The notes beneath the pieces are model-generated. The model ran no database searches, had not been told where the DNA came from, and was given only the letters and a program-made list of their open reading frames with translations. A stretch of DNA of 64,000 nt. Origin: an uncultured delta proteobacterium (GTDB taxonomy: Bacteria; Bdellovibrionota; FAC87; UBA2466). The DNA lies in the NCBI GenBank assembly GCA_963778115.1, contig CAVZSV010000004.1, positions 1,536,001 to 1,600,000 on the forward strand. Direction: 5' to 3'. Shown here one piece after another: positions 29,086-39,185 of this stretch. Positions within the stretch are counted from its first letter, which is position 1; every line of letters begins with the position of its first letter. A program made the position numbers and the translations under genes.

Positions 29086-30759
29086 CTAATCCCTCAATGC
29101 CTGCACCTTCTCCCAAACCTCGGGTCTCAAGAGCTCCACTTTAAACCAAGTAAGGTCGTCATTGCTCCTTCGGTTTACTCGTCCCACGCGCAAGAGGGTT
29201 GGTAAACTTTCGCCGAAGAAGGTTTCGCGATGGGCGTCACAGCCGCTTGAGACAAGACGGCACAGAGCTTCCACAAAGACTCGGTCGGCCACGTAATCTC
29301 CTCTATTCCCCAACCGATGAATCTCACTCTCGAACTGTTTACGATCCAACGAGGCCAATTTCTTTATCCGGGTCGATTCGATAGAGCCATAAGTAGATTT
29401 CCATTTCTGAAGAAGGTCTTTATCGATAGCGGATTCGTACAAATAGGTATCGCCAATCTTTACCGAAGAATCGCTGTTCCATTTTGCAGTGCTCAGCATA
29501 AACCTCATCACCGCCCGTTTGACGGAGTTAGACGCGATATCATGGGCTTCTAAGAGATAATGTTCGAAAGTTCGATCGAAAACATTTTCTCGTTCCGGCT
29601 GGTAACGGCTCCAAAAATCAAGAGTGCTGAGTCTTGCCCCTCCACATTGACTCCGAAAAATCTTGTCCATAAACTGTGTCGAACTTGAGACAGGAAGAAA
29701 ATAGCAGTAAGCCATCTCATCTTTCCAAGACGACATCAAATACTCTTCCCCCTCTTTGGTAACCGACGAAGGACCTAGGGGATAACAATTTTGAACGACA
29801 TTTGGCCGAATTTCGTCGGTATATTCAAATAGGCGGTGATGGCTCACCACGAATCTAAGGAACTGAGTTTTCTCCATCGGCGAGAGAAACCTTTCTGCTA
29901 ATAGGCGATTAGCATATAGAGATGGAAGACTTACGGTTTGTGGATCAACAGGCTTCCAATTTCCTTCATCAGCCAAGAATTGTTTGTATCTCTTCACCGA
30001 AGTTTCACTTGGATAATAAAGGATATCGGCAATTGCTGTCCCTAGGTCCTTAGGTGCCCTTAAGGCGGGAAATAGTAATGGCGTCGCAAAGATGAGACTG
30101 ATCGAAACTAGAAGTGCCGTGGGAAACCTATAGCTTTGACGTTCCAGTGCAAATAGGATGAAAGCCAAAGCAGCCACGTAGTACATTTCGCCGACAAAGC
30201 GCCACTGAAAGGAATACCAAAACCAGAGCCATTGGATATGGACGAAAGCAATCATTCCGGCTACCACCACTCCAATTCCCTGACCGACCCAAGGGTTGCG
30301 AAAAGCTCGCGCAAACCAAAATACCGTGAACGGCATTAGTAAGCCAAAGAGAGCGAAGGAAGCTCCCATCTGTCTCGCTTGGTGGTACCAGAAATCGAAA
30401 GTAACCCCGTAGACCACGATCGAGTAGAGCAGTAGAATGGTCGCAGGAATTGCGAAAAGAAGCGTTTCCGATATGGGAAGACGACGGAGCCATGCTTGCT
30501 GCGAATAGGGATGAAATAAGACGTTCAAGTAAGCAATCAGTAACAGTGCACTGAGCGCTGAAAAGCTCATGAGAACGAAAAAAAGCATCATCTCATTTTG
30601 GGCACCCGGTAAAACAACACCCCGAATGGCTTCCAAATAGGCATTAAATACCACTCGAAAGGCAATCGCCAGAGCGCACTGAATCACTACAAAAACCACG
30701 ATCGGAATCTTTTGCGTTTTCCAGAGCACTGCCAAAACATCTTTTATCGACTTAATCAT
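29086..30759 (-). CDS. Membrane protein, likely ABC permease with a large C-terminal soluble domain
   Basis: About 7-8 TM segments in the first ~235 aa; overlaps the ABC ATPase stop codon. Confidence 0.65.
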   Translation of the reverse strand: MIKSIKDVLAVLWKTQKIPIVVFVVIQCALAIAFRVVFNAYLEAIRGVVLPGAQNEMMLFFVLMSFSALSALLLIAYLNVLFHPYSQQAWLRRLPISETLLFAIPATILLLYSIVVYGVTFDFWYHQARQMGASFALFGLLMPFTVFWFARAFRNPWVGQGIGVVVAGMIAFVHIQWLWFWYSFQWRFVGEMYYVAALAFILFALERQSYRFPTALLVSISLIFATPLLFPALRAPKDLGTAIADILYYPSETSVKRYKQFLADEGNWKPVDPQTVSLPSLYANRLLAERFLSPMEKTQFLRFVVSHHRLFEYTDEIRPNVVQNCYPLGPSSVTKEGEEYLMSSWKDEMAYCYFLPVSSSTQFMDKIFRSQCGGARLSTLDFWSRYQPERENVFDRTFEHYLLEAHDIASNSVKRAVMRFMLSTAKWNSDSSVKIGDTYLYESAIDKDLLQKWKSTYGSIESTRIKKLASLDRKQFESEIHRLGNRGDYVADRVFVEALCRLVSSGCDAHRETFFGESLPTLLRVGRVNRRSNDDLTWFKVELLRPEVWEKVQALRD

Positions 30760-31402
30760 TGTTGCCTCCGCGGATCATTCCGTTTTCAAGCACCAAAATA
30801 GAATCAGATAGTTTGTTTGCTTCTTCATTCGAATGGGAAATGTAGAGAATTCCCATGTCTCCTTCGGCAAACAGGTCCAAGATCGTCTGGATAATAGAGC
30901 TCTTTGAGGCAGGGGAAAGATTGGCCGTCAGTTCGTCTAGAATTAGAAGCTTTGGATGAAACGCTAAGGCCTTAATCAGTTTTACTTTCGAATGCTCACC
31001 CAGCGACAGCGTCGAGAGTTTCTTGGACAAATCGAGTTGAAATGCTCTCTCCAGACGTCCCACGAGATCCCAATCCCAGCTCGAATACAAAGGAGCAAGC
31101 GCCTCCAAGAGAGTCTTTATCGAAGTGCCGATGGGATACGACTCTTTAGCGGAAACCACCCACCCCACCTTTTCATTTATCTTTCCCCGAGAGAAAAGAG
31201 TTGGCTCTTCTCCCCAGAACAAGATTTTTCCTTCCTGAGGAATTCGTATTCCCATGAGAAGTTCAACCAAAGTGGTCTTGCCGCAACCGTTTTCTCCCAT
31301 GAGTGTCACAAATTTACCGACAGAAATTTCAAAGGAAACGTCCCCCAGAAGGGGACGCCCGGGGGCAAACTTTACGTGTTCCATTCGAAGAGCCGGTATC
31401 AT
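30752..31402 (-). CDS. ABC transporter ATP-binding protein (YtrB-like)
   Basis: GENGCGKT, LSLGE, LILDE, SH. Confidence 0.9.
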   Translation of the reverse strand: MIPALRMEHVKFAPGRPLLGDVSFEISVGKFVTLMGENGCGKTTLVELLMGIRIPQEGKILFWGEEPTLFSRGKINEKVGWVVSAKESYPIGTSIKTLLEALAPLYSSWDWDLVGRLERAFQLDLSKKLSTLSLGEHSKVKLIKALAFHPKLLILDELTANLSPASKSSIIQTILDLFAEGDMGILYISHSNEEANKLSDSILVLENGMIRGGNND

Positions 31403-31415
31403 TTAAGGCCTCCTA

Positions 31416-31784
31416 TCACTCACGATTCATGAGTTGAACAATTTCGGCTTTGGAATATCCCAGAGCTTTAGCAAACTGTACGAGCTCATGAATCTTTGCG
31501 GTTAACTGCTCTATCCTTTTTTTTCCGAGAGCTTTTACATCTAGTTTAGTGACGCAAAGGCCCTTACCTCTAAGGGCTGCGACCAGCCCCGATCGCTGTA
31601 GCTCTTGATAAGCCTTGGCAACCGTATTGGGATTCACTTCGTGCGCGATAGCAAACTCACGCACACTGGGAATAAACTCTCCTTCTTTCAACTGTCCCGT
31701 GACAATTAGCCGCTCTATCTCGCGACTAATCTGCTCGAAGATGGGAGTATGTGAATCGCCATTAATTTTGAAATTCCACTTCAT
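31416..31784 (-). CDS. GntR-family regulator, YtrA subfamily
   Basis: PIFEQI...PSVREFA...VNPNTVAKAYQEL...RGKG, short C-terminus; start at ATG 31784 fits the promoter. Confidence 0.9.
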   Translation of the reverse strand: MKWNFKINGDSHTPIFEQISREIERLIVTGQLKEGEFIPSVREFAIAHEVNPNTVAKAYQELQRSGLVAALRGKGLCVTKLDVKALGKKRIEQLTAKIHELVQFAKALGYSKAEIVQLMNRE

Positions 31785-31791
31785 GTGTATT

Positions 31792-31820
31792 AGTGTACTA
31801 GTTATATAGTACAGAGGCAA
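31792..31820 (-). promoter_or_regulatory. sigma70 promoter with an overlapping YtrA-type operator
   Basis: TTGCCT-N17-TACACT, 7 nt before the ATG; perfect inverted repeat TGTACTA-N6-TAGTACA at 31794-31813. Confidence 0.75.
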
Positions 31821-31928
31821 TAAGCTTATCGGAAGATGTTGAGAAAGCTTTAGAAAATGTCCCAACCGGCTTCGTCTTGCAATGACAGGTATTTTGAAGC
31901 CGTTCGCCGAAGTACTCCAAGGTGAGGG

Positions 31929-33500
31929 CTAAAGACTCTTCCGCTCGTATTGAGAGATGTTGTATTTCCAGACGGGTAAGCCGCAAAACTTGTCCCCTTC
32001 GGGACAGTACGGCTTGATTCCGGCGTGTAATCTTACATAGCAGGGAGCTCTTAGATGCTCTCCGATTCTAGGAAAGACTTTGCAAACCTGTTCGATCTCA
32101 TCGATCGTCGCTCTAAAGATCTCTTCCTGGGCGTTGTAACAGGATCTCAATTTCCATTTGTGTTGCAGCGACTGTAAATCTCCCGTGGAAATCATGCGTA
32201 TGCTAAAAGAATTGGGTAATAAATAAAAAGCGTTCTCTTCAGAAACCCCGGAATCCAAGAGCTGGTTAATCGCGTTAAAGCTTCTTTCCATGCTGCGGTG
32301 ATAAATGTCCTGTGCCTCTTGCGACTGAGTGATTCCAAAAGGCGTTATGTAATCAGGACGGCCACTATAATGAAAATACAGTTCCGGGCGGCTGGCCGGT
32401 ACCGTACGGTGGCGCTGGTCTTGCGAATCGGCCGTATGGCTAATCTTCTTTTGAAAAGTAAATTGGACGTGATGCAAGATTTGGCTAAGTTTATCGAGAT
32501 TCGCTAAATTAAGCGTATCAGCGATAATCGGATTGTTTTTTGGGCTTAGTAGAAGCGAAAGCGCTTCATTATCGGACATCTCTTTCTGAGTTCGACCCAA
32601 ACTCACGCGAAGCGAACGCGCGAGTAACTCTTCGGCACCAGGCGAAAAATTAATGAGTTTGGAAACCCGCCCTTCTAGTTCAGCATCAAATTCCGCGGCA
32701 AAGGCTCTTCGAGCCTCTCGCTTGATACCCACGGCACTTTGGCGACAGCGGTATTCCAAAGTATTTTCCAGAGGGATGGGATCTTCGATTTCTTTCTCAA
32801 ATAGGGGATCTATCGCCTTCACGCAGGCGACCATCTTGTTAACGAGGATGCGTTGTTCGTGAGGAGTTTCAAAAAATTCACAAAGCTTAGCGTAACGCAA
32901 AAGCGTTAACGCACTTATCGTGTGATAAAGATAGGCCGTTGCTCCGACCCCTAAGGCGTATCGAGCCACTTCGTAGGAACGTTTGTCGATAGCACCTTTC
33001 CACTTCTCGGGATCTTTACCTCGTGCTTTAAACCGCTCGTAATAATCTTTCGCCAAAGGGGCTCGCAAAAGTTCAATCAGCTTTTCGTAATCGGACATTT
33101 GAGCGTCGACCGTCTCGGCATAGATCTGCGACGAGGATTCTGCCATTTCAGGCATGATGAAAGTACCCCGCTTTACTTTCACATAACGCTGACTCACCTG
33201 CTCTGAATTGTAGAAAGGATGGCCGTGGAGAAAACTCCAAAGGCATTGACGAGAGATTCCCGTAATAGCGAAAACAAAATGGGCGTGCTGCCTAGTAGTC
33301 AAATGGCCTGCGAGTCGGGTGGACTGCGCAATACGATCCCTTATGCCGATGGCCTTTTCGTCTTTGGATACGTCCTCGGGGTAGATAATCCCCTTTCCGG
33401 AGTAGCAAGTCCTCGCCGACGCCACGGCGGTTTCGTAAGGATCGGCGATGGAGCCCACGAGCTGGACCTCCATGTCTTCTATGCGTCGAAAGTTCTCCAA
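31929..33500 (-). CDS. thyX: FAD-dependent thymidylate synthase, tandem double-domain form
   Basis: Two ThyX-like halves: ARTCYS...H..F.F.I.GISR...SEQVSQRY and ...QDQRHR...YLLP...LRSC.NAQEEI; 523 aa. Confidence 0.85.
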   Translation of the reverse strand: MENFRRIEDMEVQLVGSIADPYETAVASARTCYSGKGIIYPEDVSKDEKAIGIRDRIAQSTRLAGHLTTRQHAHFVFAITGISRQCLWSFLHGHPFYNSEQVSQRYVKVKRGTFIMPEMAESSSQIYAETVDAQMSDYEKLIELLRAPLAKDYYERFKARGKDPEKWKGAIDKRSYEVARYALGVGATAYLYHTISALTLLRYAKLCEFFETPHEQRILVNKMVACVKAIDPLFEKEIEDPIPLENTLEYRCRQSAVGIKREARRAFAAEFDAELEGRVSKLINFSPGAEELLARSLRVSLGRTQKEMSDNEALSLLLSPKNNPIIADTLNLANLDKLSQILHHVQFTFQKKISHTADSQDQRHRTVPASRPELYFHYSGRPDYITPFGITQSQEAQDIYHRSMERSFNAINQLLDSGVSEENAFYLLPNSFSIRMISTGDLQSLQHKWKLRSCYNAQEEIFRATIDEIEQVCKVFPRIGEHLRAPCYVRLHAGIKPYCPEGDKFCGLPVWKYNISQYERKSL

Positions 33501-33515
33501 AACGTCCTCACAAAT

Positions 33516-34892
33516 TCATAAAATATATCGGCTCAGATCCTCGTCCTTGGCAAGATCTTGAACTCTAGTCACCACATATTCCGAAGTGACTTCCACCTTT
33601 TGACCCGGGAGGTCGGTCGCATTGAAGCTGACTTCGTCCAATACCCGTTCCAAAATCGTGTGCAGACGCCGTGCCCCAATGTTTTCCGTCTTTTCATTGA
33701 CGGTGGTAGCCAGTTCCGAAATCCGCTGGATGGCATCCTGCCGAAATATCAAATCAACCCCCTCGGTAGCCATTAACGCACTATACTGCTTGAGAAGGCT
33801 ATTTTTCGGTTCGGTGAGAATACGAACAAAATCCCCGGTTGTCAGCGACTTCAGTTCGACGCGGATCGGAAATCTCCCCTGTAGTTCGGGAAAGAGGTCG
33901 GATGGCTTGCTATGGTGGAAAGCGCCGGCCCCAATAAAGAGCATATGGTCTGTTTTTACCACTCCATATTTCGTATTGACCGAGCTTCCCTCCACGATGG
34001 GTAACAAGTCCCGCTGAACGCCTTCGCGAGAAACTCCAGCTCCCCCCGAACGAGCCCGCTCGCCGCTTTCCGCGATCTTGTCCATCTCATCTAAGAAAAT
34101 AATGCCGTGGTGCTGCGCCCGTTCGATCGCAAGCGGAATCACCCGATCCATGTCCACCAGGCGAGAAGCCTCTTCCAGGACGATAATTTCGCGCGCCTCG
34201 CGCACTTTCAATTTCCGTCGCCTGCTACGTTTGGGCATCATGTTGCCCATCATCTCGCGAAGATTGGCGTCCATCTCCTCCATGCCGGGAACGGCTAGCA
34301 CTTCGAATACGGGAACTTGCTTTTCCTTCGATTCGAAAGTCACTTCGCGATCTTCCATTTCGCCCCGCTGAAGCATTCCTCGAAACTTCTCTCGGGTGGA
34401 GTTTTCTATCTCCACGGGTACGATTGCTTCTTCGGGCTTGAACTGTTTGGCGTAAGGTAAGAGCAGATCTAAAAGACGCTCCTCCGCAAGCTCCCTGGCT
34501 TTGGGAAGGACTTTTTCCTTCTCTTCCTTTTTCACCATGTTAATGGAGAGTTCCACGAGCTCTCGGATCATGGATTCCACGTCTTTTCCTACATACCCCA
34601 CTTCCGTATATTTCGTCGCTTCCACTTTCAGGAAAGGCGCATTTACTAGCCGTGCTAATCTGCGAGCAATTTCGGTTTTCCCTACTCCGGTGGGACCAAT
34701 CATCAGAATGTTCTTGGGATGAATTTCGTCTTTTAGATCAGCTGCCACATGTTGCCGACGCCACCGGTTGCGCAATGCTATGGCAACCGCTCGCTTCGCG
34801 TCATTTTGTCCCACGATATATTTGTCTAACTCGCTCACTATTCGAGAAGGAGAGAGCTTGGCTTCCCAGTCTTGATTTTTTTCTTCACTCAC
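33516..34892 (-). CDS. hslU: HslU ATPase subunit
   Basis: [37 protein letters not shown]-terminal DLSRYIL. Confidence 0.97.
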   Translation of the reverse strand: MSEEKNQDWEAKLSPSRIVSELDKYIVGQNDAKRAVAIALRNRWRRQHVAADLKDEIHPKNILMIGPTGVGKTEIARRLARLVNAPFLKVEATKYTEVGYVGKDVESMIRELVELSINMVKKEEKEKVLPKARELAEERLLDLLLPYAKQFKPEEAIVPVEIENSTREKFRGMLQRGEMEDREVTFESKEKQVPVFEVLAVPGMEEMDANLREMMGNMMPKRSRRRKLKVREAREIIVLEEASRLVDMDRVIPLAIERAQHHGIIFLDEMDKIAESGERARSGGAGVSREGVQRDLLPIVEGSSVNTKYGVVKTDHMLFIGAGAFHHSKPSDLFPELQGRFPIRVELKSLTTGDFVRILTEPKNSLLKQYSALMATEGVDLIFRQDAIQRISELATTVNEKTENIGARRLHTILERVLDEVSFNATDLPGQKVEVTSEYVVTRVQDLAKDEDLSRYIL

Positions 34893-34926
34893 CGCATACC
34901 TCCGCCAGAACGCATTCCCTACGACT

Positions 34927-35466
34927 TTATAGTTTCTCCAAAGTAATTTCCTGATTGGTATAGATACAAATATCTCCGGCGATTCCCATCGCTTCTTTTA
35001 CAATGGTAGCCGCGTCTAAATTCGAATGGCGCTTTAGGGCCAGTGCCGCCGATTGCGCATAAGGTCCGCCACTTCCAATGGCACAAACCCCTTCGTCGGG
35101 TTCAATGACATCGCCACTACCAGACAAGATGAATGCCTTTTCTTTATTTGCGACGATAAGAAGGGCCTCAAGCCTGCGCAAACCGCGATCCGTGCGCCAG
35201 TCTTTGGCGAGCTCGACAGAACTTCTTACCAAGTCGCCCGAATATTTCTGAAGCTTCTGTTCAAACCTTTCAAAGAGGGTAAATGCATCCGCGGTTCCGC
35301 CGGCAAAGCCGGCTAAGACCTTCCCGTCGTAAAGGGTGCGGACCTTCCTGGCTTTCGATTTGAGAACGGTTGCCCCGTTAGTGACTTGACCGTCACCGGC
35401 CATGACCGTCACCCCTTTGTGGTTGAGGCACAAAATGGTGGTTGAGCGAATACGACGACGTTTCAC
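34927..35466 (-). CDS. hslV: HslV protease subunit
   Basis: Propeptide then [30 protein letters not shown]. Confidence 0.97.
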   Translation of the reverse strand: MKRRRIRSTTILCLNHKGVTVMAGDGQVTNGATVLKSKARKVRTLYDGKVLAGFAGGTADAFTLFERFEQKLQKYSGDLVRSSVELAKDWRTDRGLRRLEALLIVANKEKAFILSGSGDVIEPDEGVCAIGSGGPYAQSAALALKRHSNLDAATIVKEAMGIAGDICIYTNQEITLEKL

Positions 35467-36470
35467 GTACTACTGTCCTTTCTGCCCCGAGTCCGTTGCT
35501 TATCTCGGGGATGAGCTTTCGCATAAGAGATCTTTAACCTCTCGACATCGACTTGTGTGTACTTCTGAGTCGTTACTAAGGAGCGATGGCCCAATAACTC
35601 TTGGATTTCGCGTAGACCGGCCCCTCCCGCCAACAGATGAGTGGCACAGGAGTGGCGCAGGGTATGGGGGCTGACTTTTACTCCGTCTCGTCCTAAGGAA
35701 TTCACCGCAATTTCGCGGAGATTGCGTTGGACGGTTCTTACCGTAACCCGATCTCCATCTTTGTTGAGAAACAGGGGAGTATTCAGTCCGTGTTTTTGGC
35801 TCTGAGGCATCGAATCAATATAATCACGAAGCGCTTTCTGACAATGCTGTCCCATAGGGACCACTCGCTCCTTATTTCCTTTGCCAATGACTCGAACGGT
35901 CGCCGCCTGGAAATCGACGTGAGAGTGGTTTAGTCCTATCAGTTCTGAAATCCGGATTCCTGTTGAGTATAAGAGCTCTACGACAGCACGAATACGTTTT
36001 TCCCGAAGGGTCCCCTGGGGAATACTGTCTATTAAGGTGACGACTTGTTCTGGCTTTAGAATGTCGGGTAGCTTTTCCTCGGGTCTCGGAAGGCTAATGA
36101 GTTTAGCGACATTCTTCTGTAAGTAACCCTCTCGGTGGAGAAACTTAAAGAAGCTCTTAATAACCGAAAGCCGACGAGAGACGGTACTTCGCTCATAGGT
36201 TTCCATTTCCGAAGCTAGAAATTCCCGAAGGAATTTAAGATTGGTAAGATCCTCTAACCCCCCACGAGCTCCGTGCTTTTCCGAAAAGTAACGTAACCAC
36301 TGGCGCAGATCGATTTCGTAGTTGATCAAAGTGTGTGGACTGGCATCGCGCTCGGTCCGCAAATACCCTAAAAACTCCTGAGTGAGCGCTGGAAACGAGA
36401 GCTGGGGCGCGATATCAGATTTAACCTGATTCTGACCCGAGTCTGAGTTCTTGGGAGGAGTCTTTTCCAT
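35463..36470 (-). CDS. xerC: Tyrosine recombinase XerC
   Basis: [25 protein letters not shown]...TTQKY; xerC-hslV-hslU synteny. Start could be 36470 or 36521. Confidence 0.88.
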   Translation of the reverse strand: MEKTPPKNSDSGQNQVKSDIAPQLSFPALTQEFLGYLRTERDASPHTLINYEIDLRQWLRYFSEKHGARGGLEDLTNLKFLREFLASEMETYERSTVSRRLSVIKSFFKFLHREGYLQKNVAKLISLPRPEEKLPDILKPEQVVTLIDSIPQGTLREKRIRAVVELLYSTGIRISELIGLNHSHVDFQAATVRVIGKGNKERVVPMGQHCQKALRDYIDSMPQSQKHGLNTPLFLNKDGDRVTVRTVQRNLREIAVNSLGRDGVKVSPHTLRHSCATHLLAGGAGLREIQELLGHRSLVTTQKYTQVDVERLKISYAKAHPRDKQRTRGRKDSST

Positions 36471-36720
36471 AGTTAGGCCGAGTTTGCTTCGAATCGCGGC
36501 GAATGGCAATCGAAGGGACATTTGGACTACCCAAGGCTATCACGATGTCAGAATCGTCGGAATCATCGTCGTCTTCGTCCCCCGAGGAAGGGGAATCGTC
36601 GGCTCTTAAAGGCGCAAGCCAAGACTTGACCTTGTGATGAGGGTGAAAGAAACCTCCGAGCAGAAGCCCTGTAAGAAGCGCCACGATAATGACGAGCCCT
36701 GTTCGCCACGTTCCGGTCAT
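36421..36720 (-). CDS. Small membrane-anchored protein with an acidic tract
   Basis: GGAGG RBS before ATG 36720, one TM helix, DEDDDDSDDSD tract. Confidence 0.5.
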   Translation of the reverse strand: MTGTWRTGLVIIVALLTGLLLGGFFHPHHKVKSWLAPLRADDSPSSGDEDDDDSDDSDIVIALGSPNVPSIAIRRDSKQTRPNYGKDSSQELRLGSESG

Positions 36721-36821
36721 GGATGTTCCCTCCCGAACCTCGAGTCCACGCGGGTTCAGCATACTCCCTCCAATAAAGATCTCATAACGCAGGTAACCAT
36801 AGGTTGGAGCCGTGGTAAAAT

Positions 36822-37565
36822 GTGTCTCTGATGTCGCTTCGAATTTTCAAAGTCTTGTCGCTTTCCATTTTCCTTTTGCTAAGCGGTGCCCTATCAGCGG
36901 CGTCGCTGCCTGCAGCGATGTCGGAAAACGACATCGGCCAGCTCGTTCAAGCGATCACGATCCCGTCGGTAACCAAACTCATGCGCTCCGCCGAGCCCTA
37001 CAACGATCTCTTTCCGGGATTTAAGATAGGCCTTGAGATTAATGTCTTAGCTCCGCAAAACATGAACCTATTGGGTGATGGAACAGGAGCTATTCCGGGG
37101 TTCATTCCCGCACCCAGAATTTATCTGGCTAAGAGCCTCCCCGCTAATTTAGAAATTATCTTTAGCTTTATGCCGTCCAGTCTCTCCAATATTGTCTCGA
37201 CGACTGGAGGGATTTTAAAATGGTCCTTCTACAATGAAAAAGAGACGTTCATTAGCGGAGCTGCCTACGCAGGCGTTACGGGCGTTTCGGCTTTTAGTGG
37301 CCTCTATACCGGAAAGGATCTCGAGGCGGGTCTTTATTTGAGTAAAGATTTCGTCCGCATTCGCCCTTATCTCGGTGCCGGTTTACTCTATGGAGATGGA
37401 AATATTCCAGCCGTTCTGGCAAGTACGCCCGTGACTTCGACCTCTCAAATTGCGTTCCACGGTTTTTTTGGAATGGAAATCGAACTTCCCATTGAGCTGG
37501 GGTTTCAAGTCGATCTCTTTAACGTGACGTTGCGTGGTTCGATGCTTATTGGCAAGACGTTCTAG
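36822..37565 (+). CDS. Putative outer-membrane beta-barrel protein
   Basis: Signal peptide, RPYLGAG strand, C-terminal Phe (LIGKTF). Confidence 0.65.
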   Translation: MSLMSLRIFKVLSLSIFLLLSGALSAASLPAAMSENDIGQLVQAITIPSVTKLMRSAEPYNDLFPGFKIGLEINVLAPQNMNLLGDGTGAIPGFIPAPRIYLAKSLPANLEIIFSFMPSSLSNIVSTTGGILKWSFYNEKETFISGAAYAGVTGVSAFSGLYTGKDLEAGLYLSKDFVRIRPYLGAGLLYGDGNIPAVLASTPVTSTSQIAFHGFFGMEIELPIELGFQVDLFNVTLRGSMLIGKTF

Positions 37566-37593
37566 CCTCTCCGACGAACCCTTGGTCTACAAG

Positions 37594-37615
37594 AAGGTAC
37601 GGCCTACGTTCCTGT
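37594..37615. repeat. Single REP-like unit
   Basis: AAGGTACGGCCTACGTTCCTGT, 21/22 identical to the arm of the 40667-40735 element; lies between convergent genes. Confidence 0.7.
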
Positions 37616-38100
37616 TATGATTGTTTTATCTTTTGGATCAAAGCCGTGGTGGAAAACCCTGAAACTAAAGGAATGAGCTCGATTTTTCCCCCTCCTGATT
37701 CCACGGTGGCACGCTCAGGAAGTGGCTTTCCCTCGTAATCGGCCCCTTTGACATGGATGTTGGGGCGAATCACTTTAAGGAATTCGATAGGAGTGTCTTC
37801 GTCGAAAATAGAGACATAGTCGACTGAGGCAAGTCCTGCCACTTGAAGGGCTCGGATTTTTGCCTCTACTAGCGGCCGGCAAGTTCCCTTTTCCAATTTT
37901 TTCACCGAGCGATCGGAATTAATTCCGACAATAAGCACATCGCCTAACTGTTTAGCGTCGTACAAGTACTTGATATGGCCCCAGTGCAAAAGATCAAAGC
38001 AACCGTTGCTTGTGACGATCTTTTGCCCCTTGGCAAGCAATTCCATCGCTAGCGCCGCAAGCTTTTCTCGGGGAATGATTTTGTTTTCCGGAGCTACCAT
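37615..38100 (-). CDS. D-glycero-beta-D-manno-heptose 1-phosphate adenylyltransferase (RfaE domain II, standalone)
   Basis: NGCFDLLHWGH, GINSDRSV, KGADY, STTALI. Confidence 0.88.
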   Translation of the reverse strand: MVAPENKIIPREKLAALAMELLAKGQKIVTSNGCFDLLHWGHIKYLYDAKQLGDVLIVGINSDRSVKKLEKGTCRPLVEAKIRALQVAGLASVDYVSIFDEDTPIEFLKVIRPNIHVKGADYEGKPLPERATVESGGGKIELIPLVSGFSTTALIQKIKQS

Positions 38101-38105
38101 CGAAA

Positions 38106-39056
38106 TTACACCGTACGATAGAGTGCCGTGCCGGACAACAGATCTAAGAGATTACGGCCCCGCCTTTGGAATACCAGAAGCAGAAGGGGAAAAACCGGAG
38201 CATAAAAAGCAAAACCAAAGAAAACTCTTAGCATCTTTTTAAAGAACCTAGCCTGTTCATTACCATAGGCGATCCGAATTCCCCACACCCACATGCCAAA
38301 AGTCATATCCAAAAGCCCTACGCAAAGGGCCAGATAGCTAAGCCAAATCGTCCCAAACTCCAAGATGGCAAATCGAAAGAAGGCTGGAGTTTGAAGGGCC
38401 TTCAAATTGGAAAGGGAAAACTCGACTGAGGAAGCAGTGAGTAACTTCATCGTAACGCCGACCGCGATTAAAACGAGAGACAGTACAAAGATCTCATCTA
38501 GCATCGCGGAGAACGTCCGTCGAAAGATGGAAGTCCCCGGCATCGGAGGAGGTTGGGGAATAGGCGATTCTATATCGCCCAAAACATTCTTGGCTGCTCT
38601 GTCGATGGGACTTAGCTCCGCGCGTTCTTCAGCCAATTCTGCTTCCTTTTCCGCGCGGTCCATAAATGCAGCCAGCGGAGACTGCGACCGACTCACTTCA
38701 GATACGGCAAAGGTAGGCTCTAGCCTAGGCTTTAGCGAATCGTTCAAGGAGACTACTGGCTTAGCGTCCGGCAACGGTCGCGTAGGCGGCGGTACTACCA
38801 CAGGGGCTTCTTTACGTTTCGGACTTTCTAGTCCCAAGCCGTCAGTCAAAGGGCGAAACGATCGTTGCCCGGTCTCAGGTTGCTCGCCTTGATCCAGCTC
38901 CGAAGCGATAAGCTCCCTTAACTCCAGCAGTGCGACTAGCCCCGCGGTTTCCAGAACGGTATCCGCATTTCCCCGCGTCGTGTCCTCGACCAAAGTTAGC
39001 TCCGAATGAGAAAAATAAGGTTTGAAATTCGATCTAATGAAAACATCATCTGCCAC
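38106..39056 (-). CDS. RDD-family membrane protein with an N-terminal disordered region
   Basis: RRTFSAMLD, TFGMWVWGIRI, R..LLDLLSGT. Confidence 0.8.
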   Translation of the reverse strand: MADDVFIRSNFKPYFSHSELTLVEDTTRGNADTVLETAGLVALLELRELIASELDQGEQPETGQRSFRPLTDGLGLESPKRKEAPVVVPPPTRPLPDAKPVVSLNDSLKPRLEPTFAVSEVSRSQSPLAAFMDRAEKEAELAEERAELSPIDRAAKNVLGDIESPIPQPPPMPGTSIFRRTFSAMLDEIFVLSLVLIAVGVTMKLLTASSVEFSLSNLKALQTPAFFRFAILEFGTIWLSYLALCVGLLDMTFGMWVWGIRIAYGNEQARFFKKMLRVFFGFAFYAPVFPLLLLVFQRRGRNLLDLLSGTALYRTV

Positions 39057-39185
39057 AAAAGTAAAACCCGCGTCGAAGCCAAGCCAGCCAAAGCAGTGAC
39101 GCGTCGAGTAACCTATCTTAATGAATTCCTTGCCGATTCTTAATAACTAGTTTTACATCCGTAGTTAGGGAAGGGGGATCTCGTC

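Noticed and set aside
35463..36470. Tyrosine recombinase as a mobile-element integrase
   Set aside because: Its position in xerC-hslV-hslU and its size indicate housekeeping XerC; no att sites or cargo.
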